Assembly (NCBI RefSeq): GCF_964355755.1
Contig: NC_092678.1
Location: 20,849,365 to 20,913,364 of the forward strand
Length of the DNA: 64,000 nucleotides
DNA from: Antedon mediterranea
Lineage: Eukaryota; Animalia; Echinodermata
Direction: 5' to 3'
Shown here: positions 1-14,100 of the stretch, piece by piece
Position numbering within the stretch: the stretch's first letter is position 1
How the letters are laid out: the number at the start of each line of letters is the position of its first letter
Program-made: the position numbers and the translations under genes
Notes under the pieces: model-generated
Seen by the model: only the letters and a program-made list of their open reading frames with translations
Told to the model about the DNA's origin: nothing
Database searches by the model: none

Positions 1-121
1 TTCAATCTTGACATAGTGCCAGGGTTGTTGTAATTCACAGATCTTTCTATTCTTCCTAAGCCTAAAGCTCTGTCTACACTATCAAACTTTATGGTTCAAA
101 ATAATATAATTTTTTTTTTAG

Positions 122-3100
122 ACTAACAATATGGATCCGTCAGTGAAGGGATGGTTTCAGTCAATTGGAGTGACGGAAGCCTTATTGAAAGACAAGAACA
201 CAGCTAAATTCATTAATGACTTTATTGAGGAACATGGAGGAATTGAAGCCGTCAAAAAGGAAGCAGAGCGTGCCAAACCAGGTCAGTTTATTTTTTGATT
301 TTCTTTATTATTTCTTTTTTTATTTTATTTATGTCTTTAGGCACATGTGCCCAAGAATTACCATAGTAAATTAATCACTGTCCTGTCAGATAGATTCATT
401 CCTTAAGTATCTTAAAATTATTAAAAGTATAAGATTGATTTTTCAGAAATCAAATACTAAACTAACTATTTTAAATGTGTTGTTTGATGCGCAGAACTTT
501 TACAAATATATGTATATATCGTAAATCTATTTGATCCTTATGTACTGTAACTATGAATATTCTACTTTTTTATCTTTACAGAATTGCCACCCCCACCACC
601 ACCATCAGATCGGCACCCTCGTCGAGACGGTGGAATGCCTCCTCCTGCACCACCATCACGCCGAGACTTACCTCCCCCTCCTCCCCAGAGAGACACCAGA
701 GCTAGCCCAAGACCCCAAAGAGCACCAGCTCCACGTCCACCTTCTTCATCCTCAAGAGGGCTTCCTCCTTTACCACCACCAAGCATGAATCAACCTCCCC
801 CGATCACAAGACCATCACGTGGACCACCACCTCCTTCCGGTGGTGGCGGCGGTCCTCCTCCACCACCACCACCGCCTCCACCATCTGTTGGAGCAGCACC
901 TCCACCACCACCTGTACCATCAGCAGGAGCACCATCTATGGGTGGTGGTGGTGGCGGCGGCGGAGGAGGAGGAGGCAGAGGTGATCTCTTGAGTCAGATT
1001 CAACAAGGCAAAGAGTTAAAAGCAGTAGAGCCTAACAGTAGTACACCTAGAGGAGCATTACTTGATCAAATCAGAGGTGGAAAGAAGCTAAAGAAGGTAA
1101 GAAGTTCATTATGTGTTAAATTTATTGCTGACCCATACAATTGAATTTGGGCCTGCTGTTAATGCTACAATGGGGTCAGTTGAAACTAAGGACGATCGCA
1201 GCATCCTCTGGTTTTAAAACGTTTATTGCACAAGGTTTTTAATCAAAACTTACAGATTTATGTTGATGACCTATTTGAATGCCAGATGATCTTCTAGCGT
1301 TTAAACCATTTATTTATTTATTATTTGACCTCTTCAGTCAAAGACTGGTCTCCCAGATACGATCGGTAACTGTGAGGGACAGTGCCTGTGTGTGTGTGTA
1401 CACTTGGATAACCCCTACATGTCTCGAAAGATGTACATGAGGTAGATGTGTACACTGGTCCTACTGTTTATAGTCCTTATCTTAGAAGACTCGTTCTACC
1501 ATCAGAACCATGAAGTGAGTGAGCCTCGAACCCTTGCCGATGTTATGGCTACGTAATTAAGGTTCCACTTTCTTAAACGCTCTGCCACTCACTCGCTCAT
1601 TGACTATTGTATACAATTATTGATTTAAAAAAATAAATATTTAATTTTACTTGAAAAAACTTGCATCGTGTCAGGTGACTGACGACCGAGCTTCAGTGGC
1701 CAAGTCACCGCTTGAGTCTATCAATGATTTAGGCAGTTTGTTGAGCAAAGCTCTTGACGACCGAAAGAAGGCTATTCAGTCAGGTAAACTAAGCGGTATC
1801 ATCGCGTCGATGTTGTTCCACCCTCATACTGCTAGCTTACGCCACGCTTTTTACATTTTTACTTTGTCACATTGGTGTTTGTTTCTGCTTTAATCATACA
1901 ATCATGAAATTCATCATATTTTTATCGTGTTGTGGTATTAAATTTATTGTAAATGCCTTACTGGTGTATATATATATTATAGCCTGCTGTGGTGGGCGAT
2001 GTAAATTTTCTGTTTTTATATATTTATTTAATATACAGGTCTTCTTTGTTTAATAGCCATCCAGACATGAACTACTCAAAGGGAGTGTAATGATTTTTAA
2101 ATTGTCAAAAAAAAAAATGTCTTCTTCTATGTAAAATAAAATTCCGTTTTCAGTGTGAGGTTGAAAAATGTATTGAAATTTAGTTGTGGAAGAACACATT
2201 CTATTTATGAAAAAGCCTCTGTCACAACATTTTTTTTAATTATTATTATTATTCAACATTTAAAACTATTGACGATTTAAATTTGTTTAAATTGAGCTTA
2301 AATGTGTGGAAAGCCTGTATATCTTGTATTTATTAGTATGGCACGCTTGTTGTGACAAATCATCTCATTGTATTGTAAAGTATAATATCATGGTATCATG
2401 CAGGTCGATCCATCTGAACAAAATAACGAACCTGTAATTGAAGACGACTCAGGCCTAGGTGCTGCCCTCAGAAAAGCCCTAGAGCTGAGGTCGAATGTGA
2501 TTCGCTCAGGTAGGACATGTCATAAAAATTATACATATATATATCTGCATATCTGCATACATGCTTAAGCTCTGTCTACACTTATTAAACTAACAAAAAA
2601 GGTGTGATGTGCCCAGATATGATAGTGATATGACATCATGTCAATATATAGGCACATCACATTTTGTTGTCACATAATATTTGATAACGTAGACAGAGCT
2701 TTATACAGTAAATAGAATAGCTTTACAAATAGCTCTACTAACAGTGGTTACGGGATTTTAGCTATTGAATATTTTCTCAAGCATGTTTAAAACTTAGAAA
2801 ACCAAAACTAACCATTTACCTAAAACTATCTCTGGGAATATATAAATTTACTAATTTTTGATAAACTTGGAATCGTTTATCATTTAATCATAATATAACA
2901 ATAGGATATTCATATGTAAAATATGAATTATTTTAATTTCTAAAAGTGAGGAAATAAATGAAACCTTTCTAAACCTTACAATAATGCATGAAATATCAGA
3001 AATTAAATAACGGAGATTCAATATGCAATGTTATAAGAAACATTAAACATATTTGAAATGTTTGTATATTATTATGTATTTATTCATACATAGTACTTCA

Positions 3101-3955
3101 CACATTTACAAAATTACATCATTCTTATTTTAGGGTGGCAGATGTCAACCATGTTCTATAATAAGATAGCTAATTTCAACTTGTTTTATCCGACCAAGTT
3201 TATTCATAGAAAAAAGGGAGTGGGGGTGGGGAGAAATCTGTTCAGTCAGAACCTAATTTAATTGGTCAAATGTTTGCCAGACTAGGGCATAAATCTGACT
3301 AATTAGCTTAAGTCTTAGATGTAAAGCAGAACCTAAATGACATCTGCTCCCAAATTACACGTGGCTTCACTGACGCATAAATCTCTAAATGGAAATATGT
3401 GTATTAGTTCATATAACACAATAGTAGCATGCTGCATGTATTTTCAAAGCTTTTGCATAATATCTTCATATTGCATGACTTTTGATCCTCCGCCCATTTT
3501 CCCTCTATAGAGTAGAAGCCCTCTATTTAGACTCAACTGCTCAAGGGACACTCCTAAGGGGACACTTTCTCATGGAACGAGTGAGGAGAAACTTAACACT
3601 ATGACAAACACCTATTCAGAGGGCACTCCTTAAGGGGACGCTTTACAGGCCCTGAAAGTGTCCCATACTAGAGGCTCTATTGTAATTTTCCATACTCTGT
3701 AAATGTTAAATATCAATTTTGAACTCTTTCAACTCTATGAAAACCAGTATCCATTCCAGAAAGACCAGTTTTTGAAACAAAATCTAAGACCTTAAGCAAA
3801 GTCTATGGGAGTTGTATGAGTGTCCCATTTTCGTAAAGCTTTACCTTCCCCACGACTACAGGCTAACAACAAGATTAAATATCACATTTTCAGATGATAG
3901 TGAAGGGGATGAAGATGATGAATTTGAAGATGAGGACGATGAATGGGAGGACTAA
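122..3955 (+). CDS. WASL: WASP/N-WASP family actin nucleation-promoting factor, 3' part (5' exons lie upstream of the window)
   Basis: Exon 122-281 encodes the GBD C-terminal helices (DPSVKGWFQSIGVTEALLKDKNTAKFINDFIEEHGGIEAVK). Exon 582-1096 encodes polyproline plus two WH2 motifs (RGDLLSQIQQGKELKAV, RGALLDQIRGGKKLKKV). The C-region exon is 1675-1783 or 2404-2509. Last exon 3894-3955 is the acidic tail DDSEGDEDDEFEDEDDEWED*. All introns are GT-AG with compatible phases. Confidence 0.93.
1308..1594 (-). mobile_element. tRNA-derived SINE, copy 1
   Basis: The reverse complement has an A/B-box tRNA-like head (GAGTGAGTGGCAGAGCG...GGTTCGAGGCTC) and a (TAAA)n tail; homologous to 15655-15950 and 35721-36074. 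Confidence 0.8.
1675..1783 (+). CDS. WASP central (C) region exon, variant A
   Basis: cag|GTGACT...TCAG|gtaaac; 109 nt, phase 0 to 1; VTDDRASVAKSPLESINDLGSLLSKALDDRKKAIQS. Confidence 0.85.
2404..2509 (+). CDS. WASP central (C) region exon, variant B
   Basis: cag|GTCGAT...TCAG|gtagga; 106 nt, phase 0 to 1; VDPSEQNNEPVIEDDSGLGAALRKALELRSNVIRS. Confidence 0.8.
2567..2702. mobile_element. MITE family A (TIR AAGCTCTGTCTACACTATCAAA)
   Basis: Terminal inverted repeats aagctctgtctacac...gtagacagagctt flanked by TA; other copies at 65-90 (partial), ~19185-19280 (partial), 20477, 26476 and 31221. Confidence 0.75.
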
Positions 3956-5519
3956 TACAACAACAAAATAAAGACAAAATTTATTTTATCTTCTATTGGT
4001 AATCCAGGGGAAGGGGATTCAGCTAAAAAATTGTAATAAAAGATCAGACCCAGTCGTGCGAAACTATTCTAAAAATGTTAATATTTTGGAATTATTTCAT
4101 AATGATTTTAAAGTATAGAAATCTATTAAAGTGACCTGTAGGCCAAACAAAAGGTCATTTTCGGGATGGTCAAATATTATTATTTCTGAAGTATTAGAAT
4201 AACATGGTATCAATTGAGATACACATACAGTACGCTTCTGTTGATACTAGCTGGAATCTTACAATAATGTTTTAATTTCCTTTTTATGGTTTTGTACTGT
4301 TTAATCGTTAAAAAATATAAGAGAAATTTATTTATATTTAATAAAGCAGCTATTTGGATCCAAAGTTTAAATATCGGTATCTAGGTGGGGAATCTGTACA
4401 GTATTATTTTTAGCAAGTCTTAAGTAATTGGTGGGTGTGGTTGGGTGGAGATGGGAGTGTCCTTTCACATACCGTCGGGTAAAACATTTTTTTTTCAATT
4501 TGAATATGGAGCCAACCAAAAACATTTTAGGTTTCAATAGCTAATTATGTATATTTTATTTGAAAATATTTCAATTTATAAAGATAAAAAATAGACAAAG
4601 TTATGTTAAAAATTTCCGGTATCATTGCAAATTATGAAATACAGTGTCACATATGACGTCTGTATTATTTTAGAAATAAGTTTATGGCCTATGATACAGG
4701 CGGCACATGTGATACATATATTCACTGTATCACAGAAATTGCCTGTGATACGGTACAAGTTATAGATACATAGGATCGTATAGGTATTTCACGGAGATTC
4801 TAAAATTCTTTATATGAAATACAGTATATATCTGCGAAGTGTATTGAACTCGGACATATACGAAATAGCACATACAGTACTGTATATAATATTTAATTCT
4901 TTGACTGAAGCCAATCGCAGTATACATTTTTTCATAGTGGTACATTGGAATATTATTATGTATATTATTGTTTTGTCAATATATATAAAAAAAGAAAGAA
5001 AATAAAATGTACATTATCATTAATATTTGTAGAATGTTTTACTTTTTTAAAAAAACATGGTCGGCAATATCAAATGTTTCGAATCGTGTGAGAAATTCCC
5101 AGTCAGCGTTTATTTTAAATAGAAAGTCATTATTACTTTCAATTATGCCGCTGACCGTGAAAAAAATACTCGAATTAATTAAACACCGTATACAAAAAAT
5201 CTAATGCGGTATTGACATACATTATTTATTTTTAGAAAATTATATTTTTATTGTTTTTGTCATTTGAATAATAATAATTTAACACCTCCGACGAAATACA
5301 TTTCTGAGTCATTCAGCCATAGCCTATACTTTTTCATTTAAATCCTTTATAATACGTCATATTTTAATCTGTTGATTAAGGCTCATATTACTTATGATTG
5401 TATATCTGGTGACTTGGTCAATGCCAAAATATTTATGTATTTGGTTTCAATACAAACTGATTAAAAATGATCACCAGTACAAATAGAAAATCCCAATTAT
5501 TATCTAATACATCGTTTCT

Positions 5520-5600
5520 TATTGGTGGTTTGTAAAACTCCGGAACACAATGCCTTTGAGTCATCAACGGAAATGTAACTAAGCGCAGCCAATAAGTAAC
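5520..5600 (+). promoter_or_regulatory. Candidate proximal promoter of the GIMAP gene
   Basis: ATTGG and CCAAT boxes (~5521, ~5589), AP-1-type TGAGTCA (5557-5563) and ETS-type CGGAA cores clustered within ~170 bp upstream of the ATG at 5685. Confidence 0.3.
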
Positions 5601-5684
5601 TCAAGTTCAGGCATCTGCTCGACATTTATTGTCTTATTCAAGTAAAATAATTACAGGCGCACTCGACGGTTTAAGCCTGTAAGA

Positions 5685-7127
5685 ATGGGTATAAACGAAG
5701 AAAGTGGAAAAGAGAAAGCTGGTAAACTGGTGAAGCCAACGCCACTGAAGAAAGAGAAAAATATAGTGCCATCCAGCGAAGCGTATGCGCTACAAACAAT
5801 AGGTGAGGCAAATTGCGGACTCTCTTTAGACACTAATTAAGAATATACCGAACTATTGTTTCTTGTTTGAGAATATATTGTAGCTGAAAATGTTGTGGCC
5901 TACTTAAAGGGAATATCCACGGACAAGACATGTATGTTTCCCATCAAACGTCTTCCCGTGTGTAGGCCTACACAGATGTTTTAGTGTCTTTCTGGTCATA
6001 TTCAATATGGTCACATGAAATAGATGATAATTTGTGGTATAATGTAGGCTATATTAATAGGAAATGTGAATTGTCAAATGACTTATGATTTAGATAAGAT
6101 AAGTAGGCCTAAGGTCATCCAAGCTTATTACTAGAAACTACAAACTTTTTGAGAATCCATAACGTTACTTTTTACAGAACAAGACTTTCCAGAAAATGAA
6201 GTTCGAATTCTTCTCTTAGGAGTTGATGGCTCTGGCAAAAGTTCTGTGGCACAACTGATTACAGGTGGTGAGGTTTTACAGACGGCTAAGAAGTCAAGTA
6301 AAAGGATAAGCGCGTACTATCCGTGCATCAGGAATGGCAGACGATATGTTGTAGTAGACTCGCCTTGTTTGTTCCATACCCGAATCGCGCCAAAATTTGT
6401 CATTACTGAAGTTAATAAACTGATAGGCTTGACAGCCCCGGGGCCTCACATTTGCATATTCGTAGTCCCAGGTGTTAAGTTATCCTCTGAAGAGAAGCAG
6501 GCAATGTCAAGGATTCAAAATGCGTTCTTTCCCGGCGCTATAGACAATTCGATAATTGTTTTGACAAAATCTGATATTCTGAATTCAGATGGAACGTCTA
6601 TTGAAGACTTTAAATCAAACGCTGCTCCTGTTGTACAAAATATCATGACAAAATGCAATAATCGCGTAGTTCAAGTTGACAATGTATCTGGCGATAAAGA
6701 CACTCAAAGGAATCAAATATTTGATATGATACAAGATGTTCTTCAAAGCAATACAGACACATTCTACACAAATGATGTTTACACATTGGCTCAAGTAAAT
6801 CTCAGAGTACATAAACAGAAAGCCAAAGAAAAATACATGTCTAGTGATGAAGGAATACCGTTACTTGATAAAATAAAAGAGGTTGAACGAGTACGGCCAC
6901 TGAATGATACTACGAGAGAAAATGAAACAGCCGCAGCGTCACAAGATATGATGGAAACGGAGTTAGAGAGGTTGAAGGAACAGATGCTGCAAGTGGTGTG
7001 TGATCAGGTTCGTGATGGCATTCTCCAAGAATCGATAACTCCATTCGAGCTTAATTTACGAAGATTACTAACTTCTGGAACTAAAGCCATTGGAAAATTC
7101 TTGTCATTTATGTGGTTTGTGCCATGA
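5685..7127 (+). CDS. GIMAP / AIG1-type GTPase (GTPase of immunity-associated protein family)
   Basis: Exon 1 is 5685-5802 (MGINEESGKEK...QTI, donor G|GTGAG) and exon 2 is 6178-7127. Motifs: RILLLGVDGSGKSS P-loop, GRRYVVVDSPCLF (G3), PGPHICIFVV, LSSEEK, IIVLTKSD (G4), KCNNRVVQVDN, then a coiled-coil-like tail. Confidence 0.88.
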
Positions 7128-8129
7128 TTCTCTTAGGAATCCATAAGTTACTAATTGGATGCCTTTTGGAAATATTCTCTAAAACAGGCCAACGTATTAT
7201 AACATCCCATGAAGACTCTAGGAATCAGTACAAGCATTAAACTCACTATTTTCAATCAATTTATAATGTATGTCAATCTGTAATGTTAGTCTAGAAACTT
7301 AAGTAAATATAGAATAACAGTTTTAGTTTTAGTTTAGTATTTAAGTTTAAATGTACACCGTTCTTTAGTTATCAATTGTATTATAGTGGCGTTTCATAAA
7401 TTATTCAATAAATTCACTACTTATAAAATGATTGGTTATTATTTTATTTACAGATTTTAACAAAAATTTGATTATATTAATTTATTAGTAGTTGGGCTAT
7501 TCTAGACCTTTTACATATTTACTTTTGTTTCCTCGTGGGTGACTCAATATATTAGGTATTGCATCCAAACAATGGTGGAAACCATCTTTGCCGATAGCAA
7601 TTCCTGTATTTCAGCTATTTAAAAACAAAAAATCCCTGTTACGAGGAGAAATGCAATTGTTGTCTGTTCATTTTGAACACTACATGAATTAATAAATATT
7701 GGTATTTATTACATTCAAATGAATATAACTTTTTACATTACATTATCTAACCAAGCAAACCTATTTTATTTTATTCGAAAATTTGCAAACTATTGGGATA
7801 ACCCCTTACTGCCATGGCCTAGTACTGTACTTTAGTATTCCTTTATTCCTGTCAGGAGACCGATAAACTGGTCCTACTTGTCTATCGGAGTATTGTACAA
7901 TTACTTTAAAGAAATTGTATTAAGACAGTGTTTATGAACATGCTAATTAGATCATAGAACAGTGTTGAGTTTATCAAGAGCTGCAGTAACACATATCAAG
8001 GCGAATTTACACAGACGAGCGGTAACGGTAATTGGAAAACCGCGTGCGTGTCCCACGTATAGAATAATGTCTGAGCGGGTTTCCGCTTTACCGCTAGTCG
8101 TAAATGGACCTTTATTAGTTTCTCTTTCA

Positions 8130-11100
8130 TTACATGGCGGTGCTGAACATGTCGGACCGTGTGTAGTCCGTATAGTGTCCCTGAATTAAATTCAAACCAT
8201 TCTTTTCAACTTTCCAACATTCTTTCTTATGTTTTCTTAAACTATCCGTTCTTCCGCTTAGTTTAGTATGGATTTGATGTCCTCTGATTGTTAGTGTTCC
8301 CCGTTGTTCTTCATCTTGCACAGTTTTAGGATGAACTTTGACATCAACAGTTGCGTGCTCAAATTGCCCTGAAAAAAAATACCATTAATTTTATTTAAAC
8401 TTTATGAATGAGCATGCTCAGAACAGGTATAACGGTATTAAACTTTGCCCTTACCCATAAGTCCATGTAGTCCGTCCGAGAAACCTCTAGCGTCTTCCAT
8501 GTAAATGCCAAAGTACGCCGATGGTGAATCTTTTGGAACATGACGTCGTACAACAAAGTTGACTCCAGTAGCCAATGTGACATTTGCCTTTTCACCCTTG
8601 ACCTCTACTGTAACACCATTTATCGTTATTTTTCGAGATTTTCGCCATTTTAGTTGGATCGCATTGTTGATTATTATCTCGTTTGGACTTATTAGAATGT
8701 CTGAGTATTTAGCTGTTGGGTCATTAGGAGGATCTTTCACAAATGCTATTTGACCAAAATAGGTCTTTCTTTGCTTGTCACTTTTAACGTTTTCCTCACC
8801 AACTATAAGTCCGTTAACAAAAATACCTAAAAAGAAAGCAAACTTTGATTAATTTATTCGGAAATTTCAAAAGCCATCTTTACGAATTTTTAAGAACTAG
8901 GCCTAAATCAATGGTTTAAAGCAAACATCAATCATTTTAATAGTGTTATTTTTATCTGCGCAATTTGAAATTGCGCAAGTCATGAATCAAGATGTCTTTT
9001 AAAGACTAGCCCGAATTCAGTCAAACTTAGTTTAGTTATTTCATATAAAAATAATAATGTAGGCCTACATACCTTTAGCAGGATCAGCGATTAAATTAAA
9101 TACGTCATCCGGGTCACCGTTTATGTCAAAACATACACTGACATTGCTCCTAGGAACATGTACAACAAAATGTGGATCATTGTCACCTATTAAAAACAAA
9201 TCAATAATAAATTAATAATAAATGTTTTAAATACAACAGTACAATACTGTTAGTTATTATTATTCAAGGTAGTTTTATTTTCTGTGAAGTTAAATTTGTT
9301 TAATGCAGTGAATTATGGGAAAATGGAATAACTTTAATTTTAAAAATAATTGTGGTTGAAGCTTCTACAACCTTGCTTTTGTTAAATTAATATTGCTACT
9401 ATTGTCATTTAAGTGATCATTTCGGAGAAATAAGTGGTGGTTGACAGAAAATTTGTAGGCCTAGATGGTAACATGGTATCTTTAGGATTGCATGATATAG
9501 GTCTACTTACACCAAGATCTTCCGCTTCTGCTATTTTCACATGTTTTGTAAAGGGGTGGTCTAGGCTGCAAATCTCCATACCCTCTCTCAACAATTCTCA
9601 TAACTTTATCCTGGTCGCTGTCTTGCTTCACGTGATAGAACGTAAAGTTGTTAGATGTGAGGAAGTTGTATCTTTCTGCTCTTGACGTTATTTCTCTTCT
9701 TGTGAAAGTTCCAGCTCCTTGTTCTTCAAGATACGATTCAAATAATTCTAGTAAGGTGTAGTAAGCCCAGGCACGAGACATCATGTCGTCCGGGTAGCGA
9801 GCGTTGTACTGGAACTCATCTGGTGGTCTCTAGTTAACATAAAAAAGATTGTATTAGATTATCAATTATAACTTTAATAGGAAACGTTCTTCGTGAGCTT
9901 CTTTATCTCTACCTATATTTTCTACAAATTGTGTTTCTGCTTTATTGTCTATAGATATTCAGCTCAAGTTAACTTGTGTCCAAACAATTGGTGAATATTT
10001 CTACTAGATAGTGGTGCAAATATTGACCAACCTTTGCGTCAGCTCTTGCTTCAAAGTCAGTGTCCCGACTGATGGTCTTAATTCTGGATATAAGAATATC
10101 TCTTTGACGGAATTCATTTAGTCGACCAACCACCACAATCTCCGATCCATTGAAGTAATTCTTGAAAACTCTTGTACTCAGATCAGCAGCAATGCCATCA
10201 AGGTAGAACACCTGGATGTCGTACAGTAATGGCGTCGCGACCTCATCATAAAATCCTTCAAGTAATTCCACAGCATTAGAAGAAGCCGGGATACTTCTTG
10301 CGATACCGTAACTCGTCAGAGCTAGTCGATTCAAGAAGTCCATATCGACATCATTTCCAAAACCCAGACAGAAAATCGAATACTCTGGTTGTCCTCTTCC
10401 GGCGTCTTCGACATTTTTGATGATCGTTTCCAACACAATCTCACCTTGTGTTGGTGTGCCATCAGTGAGAAGAATCAGAAGACCAAGAACATCTTCATTT
10501 TGTGTTCTTTGTTCGTTCTCTTTACGAAGCTGGTTAATTCCATCAAGAACAGCTCTGTTTAAATTTGTACCTACAAGATAATGTCATATTATTAAAAACA
10601 ATACTATAACTTGTCTACAAGCAGTGGCAGTGGCGGGGAACAAATAGGAGAGTTGTTGATTTGCTCTTCTTTTTTTGAGAGAAATAATAATTAATTATGT
10701 ACAACTGAGAAATCATGTTTGTACGAACTATGACCTTACCATCAAGTGGTTTCAAATCCTCCACGAATCTCTGCGCATCTTGGACATTCTGTTGTGTCGC
10801 ATCCACCATGTCCGTTCGGAATGGCATCACTGTGTTGGAGAATGCAAGTATATTAAACCGATCGTTTGGTCGGACATCATTTAGAATGGTAGTAAAGGCT
10901 TTTTTCACTTGTTGGAGCTTAAGACCGTTCATCGAATCACTGACATCAATAACGAATACGACGTTTTTCCGAAGAGCTTGGAGAATGTTTGGCGAAAAGT
11001 GATGGATGAAGTAGTCATTGTAAAGCTGGAAAACGAATAGGGATATGTAATGTAAGCAATGCTAGTTGTTCTTTCGGGTTTCTTTTATTATAAATTATTA

Positions 11101-14100
11101 GATCATGCCAATGTATAATTTATCCAAAGAGGAAGAAATTATTAGCAGTAGGTTGCAGTTACACGACTGTAAGCAAGTATGTAAGTTACTGTATACAAAC
11201 CTGTATATCACCACCGTCATTATTATGTACGACGTCATATTCTACGACAAACTCGCCTTTAATTCCTGTGTTACTGTAGGCAGATTGTTCTTTTTCACTT
11301 GGACTGAACTTTACCGAGGTGACTGTAGATCGCTCTTGAGTAATGGTTCCCGGTAGGTTCCTACGCTGAGGAACAGTTTGACTGCTTGTGAACATAATAC
11401 TGGCATCAGTGAAACGTATACCAGCAGGCTCAGCGATCCGCACGTCGATGTTTAAATCTTCTACTAACTAAACACAAAAATCACCAGTTGTTAAGGTATA
11501 GGAAAATACTGGTTGGTGGTGATGGGCACAAATACGTTTATCGTATGAGAATATGAGGTTAATGAAGATGATCGATAAAGAGAGAATCAGTAGGTTTGGA
11601 TTTGATCACGAGATTTGATTGTATGTTAATGATGACAATGACGACAACCAGCTCTTACCTCTCCTGGATAAAGTTTAATCACTTCTGCATATTTCCCTTT
11701 CGATCTTCTTAGTAGACGTTCGTACGTCACTTGGAATTGAGCTCTTCCATTTCCATTTATAGGTACAGATACTACCAGCGTCTTTGATCCTCCCCTATAA
11801 AGCAAAATCAGCTTTTGCTCATACAAGTTGCTATATTACCTACCTAAGTATGGTATAAGCCATTACTAGTCGGTCAAGACACTGAAGGACTAGATTGTTA
11901 GGAAATATCGTAACCACATATCTTCTGCCCTGTACTTTATATTTTTGGTTCTTTTGAACTTTACTTACCAATGTTCTACAAAACCTCCATTGCCATTTAT
12001 ATCTAATGGTCCTTGGTCAGTATTGGGGAAAGTAGACATGTCAAACGCGTCACTCGAGTACGTTGAACCGTCAATATCCCTACAAAAGTTAAGATAAAAT
12101 ATATCACAATGACCGTGTGTACTTTACTATTATGTATGTTTTTTATAACTAAATTAATAGAGTTAGCAACATTTTCAATCTTCATGCTGAAGCTTGAGAA
12201 TACTGTATATAGTTAGGCATAATCATTTGTCGTTCGTTCATTCAGTCAGTCAGTCATACCGACTGGTTAGGGCCTACAGTTTTCTTTAGTTGTCGTTTGG
12301 AAATTCTAGGCCTAGACCTGCCCAGCACTCTGGTGTTACTTACATCCTAAACGCTGAGATGACGGCATCACCAGGCATGTCAAACCGGAATACCACTCTA
12401 CCCTTACGTGCGCTCAAATTATCAAACAGCTTAAATGCTTCTGTGATCGAGTACCGGGCTCCAATTGTACACTTGATGGTAAACTGACGTAGGTCAATTC
12501 CATCCTAGATAAAAAAAAATTTAAAAATAAATAATAATACAAATTACATGATAATGCACTGGTATAAAATAGGTTGTGCTCAAAAGGATTGGCATAAATT
12601 ATCGTTTAAATGCGTATAAAGAAGTATTTATAGAGGGGTCATGTCACTTACTGATTCTTTTAATATAATCCCTGATGGGATAGCTGGCGGTGAGTCAGTA
12701 ACTGAAAAAAAAATTACACAAAATAATTATTTGTATACTCATTTTTTAAAGAAACAAGACCAACTTTGGACTATAAATAACAAAATAGTGTATGGCATTT
12801 GAACTAAATCTTTCTCAGCCTTTGTACTATACTGCTGCTGTATAGAAATTGACCTCTGAATTACTTGAAGGTTGTATTTGAACGTGTCTTCAAGTAGTTT
12901 TTCAACGGTTAGATGGAAATAGCGTTTATCAAGCAACTGGCTTATGGAAACTAATTACGAAATATTCTTTGAATCTACGTTCAGTGAGTATAATAGTACT
13001 TACCAACAGTAGGTTTATAGTCTTTCACAAGAGTATTATACAAAGCAAAGTCATCACTGCTAAACGTCACGAGTGGATGAGACAGAGAGCCATCATTTAT
13101 TTTCTTCTGTGACGTCGGATCGACGAACACAAGAGGTGTCAGTGGCGTAAAGAACTTGTATTTCTGCGCAACGTCTATGATTTCTGCTGCAATCGTCGGA
13201 TCGTCTGTCCTTGCGTAACGATCCAAGAGGTGTCTGACTCGTAAATAAGCCCATATCCTTTCAACAACATCATTTGGAACGTACTGCGAGTTCATCTCTG
13301 GTGAAGGATTCTGGGAAACAATGTTGTTGATAATGTTATTTTTTAGACATTAGTTTTCATGTGTATTTTTTTTATATCTAGAGAGTACTTTAGACAAATC
13401 GAGTTCTAAAGATATACTTATTTTTAAAGAATGTTTCTCTTTATATTATTAAGTGTTATGAATTTCGAACATTTATGGCTGTGTGTTGTCACTACCAATG
13501 TTGCCATATGTAGTCTATATATATATATTTAAATAAAACGTTATGCTTACTCTAATTGATGTATCAGCTTGGAATGTTCTCAATCGTCCCGTATCTGATC
13601 GTCCAGTTACTGTTCCTCTTAAAACACCAGACGCGTCATCTGTCAACTTCCCTGCAGACGGTATCTCTGACCCTTCAAAGTACGGATACGTCATGACTGC
13701 TGTGAGTGAATCCGGGTCAATTTTGTCGCTTGAATATTGGAAATTCGTATCCATCAGCAACGCTGCTGATATTTCTCCATATAAGTCTTCAAGGCGTTTC
13801 GCAGCATCATCATCTACGTAAATTTTAGTAGCACGACCGCTATTCTGTGCAGCTAGTCTCACCAGAAACTCAAAATCGGCATCAGGGCCAAAACTGACTG
13901 CGTACAAAGAATGCGCACTGTTGATACCGTTTGTTACCTGCTGGACGAGCTGATCAGTGTCTGTGATGCCGACGCTGGGCTTACCGTCCGTGAATACTAC
14001 GATCATTGAGTAGATTTCGTCATCATTTCCAGATACATCACGTGCACCTCGGTCAAGAACTTCATCAGCCTTAGTCAACGCCGAGAACAGATTTGTATCT

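Noticed and set aside
562-788. Gly-rich and His-rich ORFs overlapping WASP
   Set aside because: Alternative frames of the polyproline exon
6246-7127. ORF-track start at 6246 for the GTPase
   Set aside because: This GTG start would omit the P-loop; the acceptor at 6177 and an upstream ATG exon (5685-5802) give a complete domain
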